Positions 31,221 through 44,869 of a stretch of DNA of 64,000 nucleotides are shown piece after piece. The stretch is from Rebecca billardiae RCC1528. Its lineage: Eukaryota; Protista; Haptophyta. Under the pieces are notes generated by a model that was given only the letters and a program-made list of their open reading frames with translations, searched no databases and was not told the origin of the DNA. Every line of letters begins with the position of its first letter. The stretch's first letter is position 1. The stretch is taken from contig OZ251233.1 in assembly GCA_965240325.2 (NCBI GenBank), forward strand, positions 62,001 through 126,000, read 5' to 3'. Made by a program: the position numbers and the translations under genes.

Positions 31221-31612
31221 CAGGTGAGGCTGACTCAGAGGCTGAGCGAGCGCCCGGCTGCGCCCGCACCGCCCGGGGCCACCCGCCTGCCATCCGCCAC
31301 TCCGCCTGCGCCGTGCGGGCAGCCGGCGCCGCGGCGCGCGCGCCCCGCCACAAGAGAGTCCGAGAGAGACTGAGAGAGTACGAGGCTGAGGAGCAGCGGA
31401 AGGGCCGCCCTGTGCCCGGGGTCCGGGGAGTGAGCGCGTCATCGTCGCTGCTTATGATACGCACAACACGCTTTTACCTGCTGTGAGTGATGCTCCGGAC
31501 CCCCCCCGACTCTCCTACCGTATTGGCTGCTTACTGTTTCGTCAAGGACTCGTCTCAGCTTTGAGTACAGATGGTAGCAGTGTGCGCGTTAAAACATAGC
31601 AAACTGTAGACT

Positions 31613-33829
31613 AATTCTATGATTTAAAGACACAGGCACGAGGGCGCAGCTCTCCTGATTCGTCTGTCGAAGTACTGAATGGAGTTAATGGAGGATGTCG
31701 GAGCGCGTTGGCCGCGGGTGAGGGAGTCGTCGTAACCGATGCTGATCACACGGTCACTGAGGTAGTAGGCGCCCGGGGATGCCGCTGTTTTGCAGTCGTC
31801 GTCGGCCTTGGTCATCATGTAGTTGCCCGTGTCGTCGTCGTCCGAGGCTGTTCAAGTTGATGCCGTAGTGCAGGTAGTGGATGTGGTCGCCCGGGCCGGT
31901 GTGCGCGGCCTAGTGGCCTTGCCGAGTTGAGGGAGTAGTCGCCCTTGCCGTTGAGGAAGTCGTCGTCCTTGCCGTTGAGGAAGTCGTCGCCCTGGCCGCA
32001 GAGGAAGTCGTCGCCCTTGCCGTTGAGGAAGTCGTCGTCCTGGCCGCTGAGGGTGCCTGCGCTGCCCAACCGGGCGCGTCTGGCGCGCCAGCGCCGCGCG
32101 CGGCTCTACGCCAGCGACTGCGGCGCGGCGGCAGCCAGGTCACGGGGGGGGTCGCCGAGGGACGCGGTGCGAGCCTGCTTGGCCGGCTTGGCGTCGCTCC
32201 CGCCAGCGGAGGAGGGCCCATCCTCCTCCGCCGGCGTGGACGGCTCGGTCGCCGCGCGCTTGCCGGCTGCCGCGGCGCCGGGGGGGCAGGACCAGGCGGT
32301 AGTTGGACTCCCCGGGCGCCGGCCTGGCCTGTTGCACCTCGGGCCCGTCCGACGGCGCGGCCGCGGTTGGTGGCTGGGGTGGCGGGATGGCATCGTCCGA
32401 ACCCTCCCCCTCGGGCTCCTCCGCCTCCGGGCCGGCGGGGTCCGCCGCCTGTTGGTCGGCCGGCTGAGGAGCAGGGCGGCGCGCAGCGGCGGGCGGCGCG
32501 GGCGGCACAGGCGGCGCGGGCGGCACGCCCCACAGGTTGTGTGGGACGCGGGCGGCGCCGGCGATGCGGCGGCTCGGCTTGAGCGGCGCGAAGAAGATGG
32601 GGTGCTCGGGGTCGATGGGCATGAAACGCAGGCGGAGGAAGATCAGGTTCACACCGCCGGAGTAGATGTTGGTCTCGACGTGCTCACCGTTGGTCACGTA
32701 CTTGTTGATGTCGGGCACGATCTGCTCGTAGAGGGCCCTGTGAAACTGCACGAGCGTCATCGTGGGGCTAACCGGGAGCGTGAGGGACACGTCCTTCGCC
32801 TGGGTTGCGAGGTCGGCCGCCGACAGCGCGAGCATCTCCTGCGTGAGCTCCGTGGTGCACGCCGTGAGAATGTTCGGCATGCACAGGCTGGTGGCCAGGC
32901 GGCGGCAGATGGTCATGTTCTCGAGCACCGAGCCGGTGAAGGAGAAAACGTGCTTATTGCCTTTGGGGTCCTGGGTGAGTCCTGAGAGCAGTCGCCCGCC
33001 TTGCGAGTTGGGCGCCACGTCGCTCAGGCAGCGCGCGCTCAGCTTGATCATCGTCGTGCACATCTGCTGGCCCGCATCCCGCCTGGCGGTGGGGGTGCTC
33101 GGCCGTTCCACCTGCAGCCCGCGCTCGAAGTTGTTGGAAGAGGGGAAGAAGCTCAAGGCGCTCCTGCTGTTGAGACGGTCGCGGAAAAAGCCGTGCTGGT
33201 AAGGGGGCATGGTGGCCGGTGTGGCGGGCGCGGGGCTGCGGAGGGCCGGGGGGCGGGTGCGGAAGCACTGCGGTGCGAGCGAGGTCGGTGCTGGTGCCAA
33301 AGGCATTTCGGCGCGCGGGGTTGAAATCAAATTTCAAAACCCAGGTCCGGAGTGGCCCCGCCGGTCCCCCGGACCACGGCGGCCCGTCGTGCGTTTCGGG
33401 GGGAGAGGGGTTTGTCGCGAAACGGGCAGGATGGGGAAAAGGGGGGGGGGGGGGGGGCTCGCGGCCGCCGCGGGGAGGCCGGGACGGGCGCGGTCTCCAC
33501 CTGAGGGCCGGGCGCTGCTCAGGAAGGAGGGCGGCCCACACTCCGCGTGTCGCTCCCCAGTGCCTCCGCACAGGCACACCGCAGGTGTTCGCCGTCGTGT
33601 CGGGATGAGCATGCGCTTGGCGTCCGCACCCGGGGCCAGTCCTTTCATGGTCAGCAAGCAGGCGGGGGGGGGGCGTGCGTGTGCAAGCGCGGGTGGATAT
33701 GTCGTGTCTGCGATATGCGGAGTGTTGGATGCGGGTTGCGCCGGTGCCCCAGGGCACCGGTGAGTGTGTAGCTGTTTCGGGCACGCCTCGCGAACGCGAG
33801 GCGCTGGAAGACATGGCCACTCGTCGTAG
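31613..33829 (-). mobile_element. 2.2-kb young repeat element, copy 2 (ORF frameshifted in the G-run near 32280-32286)
   Basis: Reverse complement of 23903-26127. Differences seen: poly-C length, a 1-nt indel and about two substitutions. Confidence 0.85.
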
Positions 33830-34006
33830 CAGCTTGACGACAGCACAAGAGTTGATGAATAATCAGAGGCGCGCTGCGTGTTAGACAGTCATTCATCATA
33901 GGCGCTCGGGATCTCGCGCCATCATCTCGCGACGGCCATCTCGCGACTCTCGGGCAAGGATCGAACGCTCATCATCTCCCGCGCCCCGCCAATTCCGAGC
34001 AGCTTC

Positions 34007-37000
34007 ATGGTCGCCGCCTCGCCGAGCGCCAAGCCGCGCAAGGCGGGCGCGTCGGTCCAGTTCAGCGGCGTGGGCGACGACGCCGCGCCCATCGCGCCGC
34101 CGAGCGAGACCGTCGACGTCCTCGTCGTCGGCGCCGGGCCGTCCGGCCTCACGGCGGCGATCGCGCTCGCGGAGCGCGGCGTGCGCGTGCGCATCGTCGA
34201 CAGCCGGCTCGACGTGGAGAAGAAGACGAAGGCGACGATGGTGCACGCGCGCACGCTCGAGCTTCTCCCTGCGCCCGTCGTCGACGCCGTCCGCCGCGTC
34301 TCCACGCTCATCACCCACTTCCGCGTCTTTGAGCACGACGGCGCTCTGCGGCGCGTGGCCGACTTCGACTTCTCGCCCAACGGCGGCGGAGGGGGCGGCG
34401 GGGAGGAGGCGCCGGCGGGCGCGCAGGGGCGCGAGACGTACGGGATCCGCTCGCTCATGCAGTGGCAGATGGAGGCCATCCTGCTCGACCACCTGCACAC
34501 GCTGCCCGACGCGAGCGCGCAGCCGCACGCGCCGCAGCGCGGGGAGCCGACGGCGCCCGCGCCCGGCGGCGGCGCGCGCGGCGGCGGCGGCGGCGGCGGC
34601 GGGCTGTCGGGCTGGCTGGGCCGGCGCTCGGCCAGCCCCGACGGTGGTGGCGCGCGGCGCACGATGCGCGTGCACCGCGGCCTCACGCTCACGCAGCTCG
34701 CAGAGGCGCGCGCGCATGCGGACGCCACCCTGCAGCGCGTGGACGGCGGCGCGCCCACCGTGCTGCGCGCGAGCTTCGTGCTCGGCGCGGACGGCGCGCA
34801 CTCGACGGTGCGCCGACTGCTCGGGCTGCCGCTGCCAGGTGCGCGCGGTGCGGCACGCCCCGCCCGCGCCGCGCGCCGCCCCCGGCCGCGCGCCGCCCAG
34901 GCAGCCACTGCGCGCGCGCGAGCACACACGGCTGCGCCGCGTGCGCTCTGCCGCTCTGCGCGCCGATGACCGCCCGAGCGGTGCGCGCGCGCGCCAACCG
35001 CCGCCCGCACGGCCGGCCGCGCGCGGCGCCAGGCTCGACGCACGCGGACAACTACATCGCGCTGCACGCCTCGTTCGAGGGCATGAGTCCGGAGCTCAGT
35101 CCGGACGGGCGCAGCGCGCTCCTCACCTTCTCCAGAGGGCCGGGGCTGCAGGTGGGCGGGCGCGCACGCACGCCCCTGCGCACGCACGCCCCTGCGCACG
35201 CACGCCCCTGCGCCCGCTCCACGCCGGCAGCGCACACCGCCCCGCGCCCCGCCCGTCCCGTCCCACCCCGCGCGCACACCCCGCGTCCGGCCGTGCGTGC
35301 GCGTGCGCGTGCGCGTGCGCGTGCGCGCCCACGCCCGCAGTCGGGCTTCACGATCGCCACGCCGATGCCGGACGCGCTGCCCGGCTCGCTGCTGCTCGTG
35401 CTCGACCTGGACGAGGCGCAGTCGCGCCCCTTCGAGTCCGGGGCGGCGGACAGGCACGGGCGCAGGCTGCTGCGCGAGGTGGGCGCGGAGGAGGCGGCGG
35501 AGGTGCTGCGCGCGCGCGGCTGGGGCGCTGGGCTCCGGCTGCGGCCGGGCAGCGTGCGCTGGAGCGCGGCGTACAAGGTGCACTCGCGGCTGGTCGAGCA
35601 CTACTCCTCCCGGCGGGGCCGCGCCTTCCTCGTGGGCGACGCGTGCCACCAGCACACGCCCATCGGCGGGCAGGGGATGGTGCGCGCTGCCGCGCTGCCC
35701 AGACACGGGGAGGCGGGCGCGGGGCGGGCGGCGGGGCGCCACCGCCGCTCGGTGTGTGGGGCGGGCAGCGCCGTCCACGCGCCCCAGCGCCCACATGCAC
35801 GGCACGGCGCCCCCCGCCCCCCTCCCTTTCACACACACACGCGCGCGCGCACACACGCGCGCACACACGCGCGCAGAACATGGGCATGCAGGCCGCCACC
35901 AACCTCGCGTGGAAGCTGGCGCTGTGCACCGCTGGGCTGCTGCCGCCGCCCAGGCACGCCGCGCTGCTGCGCAGCTACGAGGAGGAGCGGCGCGGGGTCG
36001 AGCGGATGTGCGAGCCGTGCCCGCGCCTGCGCCCCACGCCCGCGCCGCGCCCCGGCTCTGGCGGTGGCGGTGGCGCTCACCCTTTGGCTGTGCGCGTGCG
36101 TGCACGTGCGCGTGCGTGCGTGCGTGCGTGCGCGTGGGCGTGGCTGCCCCGCACCGCAGGGTGCTCTCGATGGTCAGCAAGGGGCACGGCTCCTCCGCCG
36201 CGCGCTCCGCCACGGTGCGCCGCCGCTGCCGAGCGCGCGCGCGGCCCGCTGCCGCCCGCCCCACCGCCCCGCCGCCGCCCACGGCGCCCCGCCCCGTCCC
36301 GCCCCGCCCCGCCCCGCCCCGCCCCGCCCCGCCCCGCCCCGGCCCGGCCGCTGCGCGTGGGCTCAGGCGTTTGCGCTGCGCTCCACGTCGACGCGGCTGG
36401 CGGCGTCGGCGCGGCTGGCGCACGGCGCGATGGTGCGCATGCTCAACATGACCGCGCACGCGTACCGCGACGGCGCGCTCTCGCTCGAGTCCTTCGCCCC
36501 GCCGCGCGTCGGCGGCCCTGAGTCGCTGGGCGCGCGGCGCGCGCACAACTACCACAGGCTCCTGAGCGGCCGCACGCGCGCGGGCGAGCGGCTGCCCAAT
36601 CTGCGCTGCGTGCCGGTGGCGGTGGGCGGCGGCGCGGCGGCGGGGGGCGCCGCCGCGCCGCACGCCGACGCGCCGCGCGTCGGCCGCGCCCTCGACGCCG
36701 CCACGTGGAGCGGCGCGGCGGAGGGCGCGCGCGCGGCGTCGGCGCTCGCCGCAGCGGCCGAGGCGCCGCAGCCGTCGGCGTACCCGTTCTGGGGGCACGG
36801 CCCGGGCTGGGTGCTCGTCGCGTGCGAGGGCGAGGCTCGGATGAATCGCATGCTCGCGCGCTACTGCGCGCCCGGCGCCTTCGAGCCCGCCACCGCCGAC
36901 GAGCTGCGTGCGCGCGCCGAGCGGCTCGCCGCGCGCTCGCGCGGCCTCGTGAGCGCGGTCGCGCTCGTGCCGGCGGGGCACCCGGACAACGAGCTGCTCG

Positions 37001-37257
37001 GCGTGCTGGGGCAGGCGCTGCTGCTCGTGCGGCCCGACGCGTACGTCGCGCTGCGCGCCGAGCCCGCCGACCCCAACGCCGTGCTCGCGTACGCGCGCGA
37101 CGTGCTCGGGCTCGCCGGCATGCCCGGCCGCACGTCCGCGCCGCCGCTCGCGGGCGCGCGCGAGTTCGACGTGTGGGGCTCGCGCATGTGGGGCACGGGC
37201 GTCGACCTGCACGCCGGCAAGAAGGGCCGCGGCGCGGCGCGGCGCGTGTCCGCGTAG
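34007..37257 (+). CDS. FAD-dependent monooxygenase (FAD_binding_3 / aromatic hydroxylase family), 6 exons
   Basis: VLVVGAGPSGL, GADGAHSTVR, LVGDACHQHTPIGGQGM|NMGMQAATNLAWKL, LLLVRPDAYV. GT-AG introns at 34839-35032, 35152-35340, 35680-35876, 36008-36159 and 36215-36366 give one continuous frame. Confidence 0.9.
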
Positions 37258-37891
37258 GCGCCGGGCCCGCGGCCGGGGCCACCACACGCGACGCGTCCGG
37301 CCGCCGCCCGTGCGCGCGCGGCTCAGGCCGGGGCCGAGTCGATTCCGGGGGCCGCTCGGCTGCTAATTGCGCGCAATCAAGCTTCACGCTCGCGAACCGT
37401 GCGAGCGCGCGACTGTGATTCTCTTCGCCAGGTTCTACCACCCTACTCCGAATAAGTCCGGAGATTCCACCCGGGCGCCTTCGGGCGAGTTTGCGACTGT
37501 TCGTATGGCCCACCTATGTGGGTATGGCCCTTGGATCTCCGCGCGGCAGCGCAAGCGCGCGAACCAATCACAGCCGAAGCAGGGGAGGCCAGCCTGAAGC
37601 CCACGCCGCGCCGATATATCGTTTCGTCAGATGGCAACGGGTGCGGGTGCGTAGGAGGTGGGCCCAAAACTGCGGAAACCAGCTTCCGGAAAAGCCACCG
37701 AGCTCGACCAACCAGAGTCGCCCTGCCGAGCGACCGGGCCACCACGTGCTCGCACGATTGGGGACGCACGCGAAGTGGGCTGCTGGCCTTGTCGCGCGGC
37801 GGGCGGAGGTCGCCCGCGCGCCAGATCGCAGGAGCCGAAAGGGACACCCCAACGCACGTGCGCCGCCCGCCGCCGACGCCCGCAAGGGCCG

Positions 37892-39645
37892 ATGGCCGCG
37901 GTCGAGGCCGAGCTGGCGCCGCACGAGGCGTGCGCGGGGCTCGACATCTCGCCACCCGCGCCGCCTGCCGCGCTTCCCGCCGCGCACGCCGACGAGGGCG
38001 CGCGCGCGGCGCCGAGCGCGCCGCCCGCGCGCGCCGACGACGCCGGCGCGCCGCGCGAGCCGCTGCCGCCGACGCCGGCGCCGACCGCCTCGGCGCCGGC
38101 GGGCGCGACCGACGGCGCGACCGACACCGCGCCCAAGCGCGCGCGGCCGCCCGCCGGCGCGCGCTACCGCTACCGCACGCCCGTCACGCCCGCGCTCTCC
38201 GAGCCGCGGCAGAAGCGCTCCGCCGCGTCGCGCGGGCCGAGCGCGCGCGAGCTGCTCGCGGGGCGGCGGCGCGTGGGGGACGAGGTGCTGCCCGGCGAGG
38301 TGGCCGACGACGACGACGCCACGCCGCGCGCGCGCGCGCCGCCGCGCCCGCGCAAGCGCGCGCGCACCGCCGACAGCGCCGAGAGCGATGAGCCCGCACC
38401 GGCGGCGCTGGCGCCGATCGCCGCCGCCGCCGCCGCCGCCGCCGGCGCAAGTGGCGCGGACGGTGCGGCGTGGACGCCGCCGCCGGCGTCGGCGGCGATG
38501 CCATCGATGGCGACGCCCGGCGCGCCCGCGCTCGAGTACGTCCCCGCCGGCGCGGGGCTGCCCTCGCCGCGGCTCGGCGGCGCGGCGCCGCGCGGCTCGC
38601 AGCCGGCGAGCGCGGGCGGCGGCAGCGGCGGCAGCGGCGGCAGCGGCGAGAGCTCGACGGAGATGGACGGCGAGATGAGCGACGCGACGGCGTCGGCGTG
38701 GCTGCCCTCCGACCCCAGCTGGGCGCACACCGCGCCGGACTCGGAGCCCCTCGCCCTCGACACCGCGCGCTGCATCCGCGCCGCCACCGCCATCGCCCAC
38801 CCCGAGTCTGTGATCGGTCTAAGCTACAACCTCAGCGCGGAGGAGGCGGAGGGCGGGGAGGGCGCGGGCGGCGCGGAGGGCGAGGAGGGCGCGGGCTCGC
38901 GCCGGACGGCGTCCACGCGCGCCGCCGACGAGCTCGAGCTCGACCAAGAGCTCGCCCTCGTCTCGGCCGCGCCGGCCGAGCCGGCGCGCGCGGCGGCGGC
39001 CGCGGCGCACGGCACGGCCGGCGCGGCGCCGCCGCGCCCGCCTCCGCCCGCACTGCCGCCGCCGACGGGCTGCGCGGCCGGCCAGGCGCACCACTCGGAC
39101 GGCTCGCAGCGCACCGCCGGCGGCGGCGCGCCCGCCGCCGACGGCGCCGCCGCCGCCGCCGCGCGCGGCGGCAGCCCCTCCGCCGAGTCGCCGACGCCGC
39201 CGCACTCGCCCGACCGCACGGCGGGCGCGGAGCGAGCGCGCGCGCCCACGCCGCCGCCTCCCGGCTCGGCGGCGGCCAGTCCGGTCGCGTCGGGGCACGG
39301 CGGCTCGCCGCACACGGCGGCGCCGCCGCTCGCGACGCCCGCGGCGCTCAGCCTGCCGCAGCCCAGCCTGCCGTCGCGCGCCGTCTCCTTCGACCCGCCG
39401 GCCGACGGCGCGGCGGCGGCGCCCGCGGCCGGCGGCGCGCCCGCGCCGCCGCCGTGGGGCCGGGCCGCGTCCGCGTCGGGCGTCGGCGCTGCGGCGGCGT
39501 CCGCGGAGGCGGCGCAGGCCGCCGCCGCCGCCGAGGCCGCGGCGGCCGCGGCGGCAGAGTGGAACCGGCTGGTGCTGCGCGCGCCGCCCGCCGCAGCCGC
39601 GGACGGCGCGCCCGCGCACGACGCGCCCACGCCCACGCCAACGCC

Positions 39646-39676
<31 letters not shown>

Positions 39677-39778
39677 GCCTCGGCGCCCGCCGCGGGCGCG
39701 GCGGGCGCGGCGGGCGCCGTGTCGCGCTCGCACTCGAGCTCGCGCGCGGCGCTCGGCGGCGCGGCGCCGGCGGCCGAC

Positions 39779-39814
<36 letters not shown>

Positions 39815-41047
39815 GCCGACGCGGAGGCGCGCTCGCGCGTGCTCGCGCGCGCCCTGGCTGAGGCCATCGCGACGGCGCCCGCGGGCGCGGCGGCTGGCGC
39901 GGCGGACGCGGCCGGGCGCGCGCGCGCGCCCAAGCCGGCGGCGGGGTGGTCGGGGCCGCCGCCGCCCATCGCGGTGTGCCTGCACGACGAGGCCCTCTGC
40001 TTCTTCTTCGGCCAGGTGCTCGTGCCCTCGCCCATCGGGCCGTCGCGCGGCGGCGGCGGCGCGGGCGGCGGCGCGGCGCTCGGCGGCGGCTGCGGCGGCC
40101 GCGTGCACGGGCCCGGCGCGCTCGGCGGCGCGAGCCGCGGCCCCCTGCCGTCGCCGTCGCTGCCCTCGCCCGTCGCGCCGCCGCCGTCGCCGCTCGAGCA
40201 CGCGGACGGGCGCGGGCCGACCACCGTCGTCGACGCGCTCGCGCACGACACCCTCGCCGCCGTCGAGGCCGCCATCGCCGGCGCGGGCGCGCACGGCCGC
40301 TCGCGCGGCCTCCCGCCCGGCGTTGTGATCCGGCGCGCGGCGCACAGCGCAAAGACGCAGGCGTCCACCGCAAAGTACCTGCAGCTCTACCTCGGCACGC
40401 CGCGGGCGGCGGCGGCGGCGGTGGCGCCGGCGGCGGCCGCCGCCGCGCAGCCGGCCGCGCCGCGCGCCGCGCCGCGCCCGCCCACGCCGGGCGCGCGCTC
40501 GGCGGGCGGCAGCGGGCCGCCGACGCCGCCCGCGCCGGCCGGCACGGCCGCGCCGGCGGGCGGCGGCGCGGCCGCGCCGGCCGCGCGCAAGCGGCAGCGG
40601 CTCGCCGCGCCGGCGAGCTCGCCCAAGCCGCCGCCGCCCAAGCTGCTCGGCGGCGCGGGTGCAGCGACCGCGCCGCTTGCCGCCGCCACCGCCGCCCGGC
40701 CCGGCGCGGACGGCGCAGCCGCCGCCGCCGCCGGCAGCGGCCGCGCGACGCCCACAGCTGCCGCCGCCGCCGCCGCCGCCGCCGCGAGGGAGGTCGGCTG
40801 CGTGGACGGCGCAGACGACGACGGCTGGCGCCGGCGGCACGCCGTGCGCCGCATCGCGCGCGCCGACATCCCCGCCGCCTTCGCCGCGCGCGAGGCCGCG
40901 CGCGCCGCGCGCGCCGCGGCGGCGCTCGGGCTGGCGCGCACGTGCGCCGCCGCCGCGTGGCCGCGGCCCAAGCCCGCACCCGCGCCGCCCGCGCCGCCCG
41001 CGGCCGGCGCCGCCACGCTCGCGCTCGCGCAGCCCACCTCCGCCTGA
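37892..41047 (+). CDS. Hypothetical Ala/Pro-rich, largely disordered protein
   Basis: Long frame with a few complex segments (IAVCLHDEALCFFFGQVLV, TAKYLQLYLG) and basic NLS-like motifs. No domain recognised. Confidence 0.6.
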
Positions 41048-42136
41048 GGTTGGGGCGCCGCGCGCGCGGGCGGCCGCCGCATGCCCGCACCACCGCCGCC
41101 GTCTCCTCCGCCCTGCCACCGCCGCACTCCTGCCGCCGCCCTCGCGCCGCCGCACTGCCGGCTGCAGATGCTGCCGCCGCCGACACTGCCGCCGCCGCCG
41201 CCAGCCGCCGCCACTGCACGCCTCTGTCCTCGCCCCCGCGCCCGCCCACGAATATGCAAAAAAACATGCAACCGAACACGCATCCATCCACTCCTGCCAC
41301 CGCGGCCACGGCGCGCGCACATGCGCGCTCGCCCCCCGCCCCCGCATGCCCCATGCCGCCTGCGCGCTGCACTGGCAGCGTGCTGCACTGCGCGGCGCCC
41401 GTCTCCGGGTCGGCCCGACGCCTCAGCCTCCGACGAATGAACGGCTGACGAACGGCCTGCCGCCCGTGGGACAGTCGCCCGGCCACCGCCGCCGCTCGAT
41501 CCGAATGCTCTGTACTACGGCGGACCATGACCGTGACGACAATGCGTAGTACGACTCGGCGCTCGACGATATAGAGAATCGTAGCAATAGCATGCCCGCC
41601 TCGGGCGCCTGGCGCCTGCTGAATCGTCCCTGCATATATATATATGATATTACAGTTATAATATACATATATAATAATAGATTATCAGATAAATCTTACG
41701 ACTGCTGATTTCGCTCGCGATCTTTAATAATATTTATAATATTTATACGCTCTTATATTTACTTTTAGAATGCGCTGCCTGCCGACCGTGCCGTTTCTAT
41801 GCGACGACTCATCACCGTAATCACGGCCACGGCCCGCCGTATCTGTCGTCAGTCATATCTGACGATATTATTAGTTAGTGTCACACGGCCCGGGCTACAG
41901 CCACGGCCCGGTACGTCTACGATCGACTCTCGCGGACTGTCTGAGTCCGTGCTGACTCTCGGATGAGTGAGTATGAGTACGCGCGATGACTTTCTGATTT
42001 CTCTCACTCTCTCTCATACTCTGACTCGGCTCTCTCATAATCTCACTCTCACGATCTCTCTCACCGCGCTCTCTCTCATCCCCGCGCTCGTCGTTATCTA
42101 AGCGCAATGATGACGACGAGTCGTATTTAATATATA

Positions 42137-44694
42137 CAGGCAATCGCGCGGGCAATAAGGAGCTGTCACGTTAAGAAACTGAGGCTTGCGCTATCTGCGG
42201 ATCTGGCCTAGAAACTGAGACTAGCGATTGGCTGGTTCGCTATACAGCATAGTCATCACACGCACTAAGAAACCGGGACTACGTCGTCCCGGCTGACGAG
42301 TGGTCCGCCGAGGGCGAGGCGCAGTCGGCCCGCGTCGGGGACGCGGCGCGCGGCCCGACTACGAGTACAGGCCGATCCAAGCCTCCCGACTTGATGGCTC
42401 CTGATGACTGACTCCTGGTAGGTGGGTCCCTGGCGATTTTCCAGCGGTCTTTTAAACATTTACCGAGTTTTCTGGCCTGATTTCTTTTCGCGCGGGGCGC
42501 GGCTCGGGAAAATCGCCGGGCCGCCGCCGAGGTCCCGATCTGAACGCTCCCGACGATGTCGGAGCGCCTCTCCAGCGCGACCGAGCCGCCGTGTGTCGGG
42601 TAGACCACAGCCAACACCTATCGCGCGCTCCAGCGCTTTGCGCGTGCTCACGGATGGGATCCGTGGTCACACATCCCCCGCCTGGCACGTGCCCGCATGT
42701 TTGACTCTCGCCCGGCTAGACGCGTACAGACAACTTGAATCGATCGGCGGGTGTTCGACCCGTGCCTTCGAGCAGGGTCAGTTTTTGCCACATGCGGGTC
42801 AGGCGACGGGAGGCATGGGCCAGTGTCGTGCACGGGCATGCTCTTGACGCTCCCGCCATCTTGAGCAGCTCAACGCACCGTGAAGGTGACATTTGGGCTG
42901 TGCGCAAGCTGCTCGTGAGAACGCACGACAGCCAGCCCCGGGCTCTCGGGGAGCCATGTGAGCGATTGGCGACTTCCGAGAGGGCGTGTTTGGTGGGGGT
43001 TGGTACCAATTATCGACCAGCAGGCCTAGGATGGGTGCACTGAGGACTTGGGATGCTGAGAAGCCGCCGCGATGTGCGGCGAGCACGCCGACTTGCCATC
43101 CGTGTGCACGATCCAGCGCCAGGAAGATCAGCAGGGCCTTTGACAGCGGCAGCAGGCGCTCAGCGATCCTTCCCTATGCCGAGTGTGGGCATAGTATGCG
43201 GTGCTCGAGGGTGGTCGCAGGATATGGGTCCATTCTTGACAGAACGCGGTCGCGTTGACAGGCGCGGGTGCCACCCCACGCTGTTGCTCCTGCCATTGGG
43301 TGGTCCCACTCGTTCCGCTTGTGGTCTGCGAAGACTCGTACTCAGCAACTCTACGGCTAGGCGTAGTAGACCCCTCAGACGCATGTCTGATGATTGCCCG
43401 GCACGTTCTCGTCGTCACGTTGGGTGTACTTGAGCGAGCGGAAGCCGCAACGTGATGGCTAGGCCAGCAGCTCAACCATCTGACGTCTCGCCGGCCAACT
43501 GGCTGAGTGCTCTCAGCCTAGCAGCAGCGTCGGTGAACCCATCGTATTGCTGCCTGGCGAGAAGATGGTAGGAGGCATCGTCGGCGGCATGGGCTGCAGC
43601 TGCGGTAGTCATGGACTGGTGGCGGCCTCACGCGGGTGGGCATACGACGACCGGTCACACGCGGAGTACGAGCACGGAAGCCGCCGAACGCGGCAAGCTC
43701 CGGCGGTGGCGTTGGCTGATAGTCCAGCCTCGACGGCGGAGGGCTCCCGTGTGACGACGGTGGCATGCTCGGTGGCGGGCGATGGTGTGTGCCTCGGCAC
43801 GCAGCCCGCCACAAACACTGCCACTCGCAGGTCACAGTCCGGTTGCGGCCCGGGTTGCCTGTGTCCGCGTCGCTCGGCGCCTATTCGATGACCCAACGAA
43901 CGTACCCACATATCGGAACGAATTTGAGTACATAGTGAACCGCATCCACGGTCAATATAAAGTGGGTAACACTCATACTATATACGGGTAAGTGGCTATA
44001 TATGAAGTGGGTAATATGCTCGATCGATCTTGCTGTAGTTTGTTGGAGGTATCAGCCCACAGCATAGAGCCCCACTCTTTGCTTCATAAAATGGTTCGGT
44101 CGGGTGTCAACGGTTGTCAATAAGTAATTTCGATCGCATGTCGCCATCTAGCCACCATAACCATGAAGTAACGCTTCGCAAAATCTCTATGTGACACTAC
44201 TGGCGCGGCGCGCGCGCGCTCGGCCGCGCGACGGCACGCGGAGTAGGTTTTGAGGTCGAAACTTTTGCTCCGCCCCGATGGGACGCATTTATAGCGTCGA
44301 TTCTGGGTGAGAGACAAAATCTAGGACGTCATTCTGAGTGCGCCAGAATATCGCCCCAGTTGGGAGGGACCCACCTACTCCTGGCCAGTGCACCGCAGCA
44401 TCCGTGCAACATCATGCCATAGATTTATTGCTCCAAAAAGGCGCGCCCAAAATTTTCTTCGCGGCCTCGTCGCCGGCCGGGCCTAAGGACTCCGAGCGGG
44501 GGGGCTCTGCCCCGGCCGCCTGCGCCCGCCGGCCCGCCGCCCCTGCGCCGGCGGCACTCTGGCGCGGCGGCCGGGCGCGGACTCCGTAGCTAAGAAACTG
44601 AGACTCCGTAGGCGCTCGTGCTACCGAACGGCTAAGAAAACGAGGCTGCTAGCCGTGATGAGATCTCTGACTTCTTTTTGCCCGCGATTGCCTG
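42137..44694. mobile_element. 2.56-kb TA-flanked TIR element, same family as the 28340-28867 MITE, opposite orientation
   Basis: TA|CAGGCAATCGCGCGGGCAA ... TTGCCCGCGATTGCCTG|TA. Subterminal agaaactgag repeats. No intact transposase ORF. Confidence 0.85.
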
Positions 44695-44869
44695 TATATA
44701 TATATGTATGATGAGATCCGGGCGGTAGTTACGACTCGATCGAGTCGTCGTAGTCTAAGTCTTGACGAGCGCCAGGGGGGGGCGTGTCAGTGTGCCGCCG
44801 GTTCGGGTTGGACGGGGCCCGAGCGGCGCGCACTCGGCCCGAGGCGCCAGGCGGGGCCCTCGGAGTGAC

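Noticed and set aside
23901-33829. One 9.9-kb composite transposon with 2.2-kb TIRs carrying the IBP and TPM genes
   Set aside because: No TSD around the whole unit, and copy 1 has its own GGTC duplication inside another element. Two independent insertions are simpler.
33922-37287. Very long antisense or alternate-frame Arg/Ala-rich ORFs here and throughout the window
   Set aside because: Expected from stop-codon scarcity at extreme GC; they overlap well-supported genes.
42880-43050. Chromodomain-like DIWAVRKLL..CLV..GWV
   Set aside because: Weak match, key aromatic residues missing, and a stop follows immediately.
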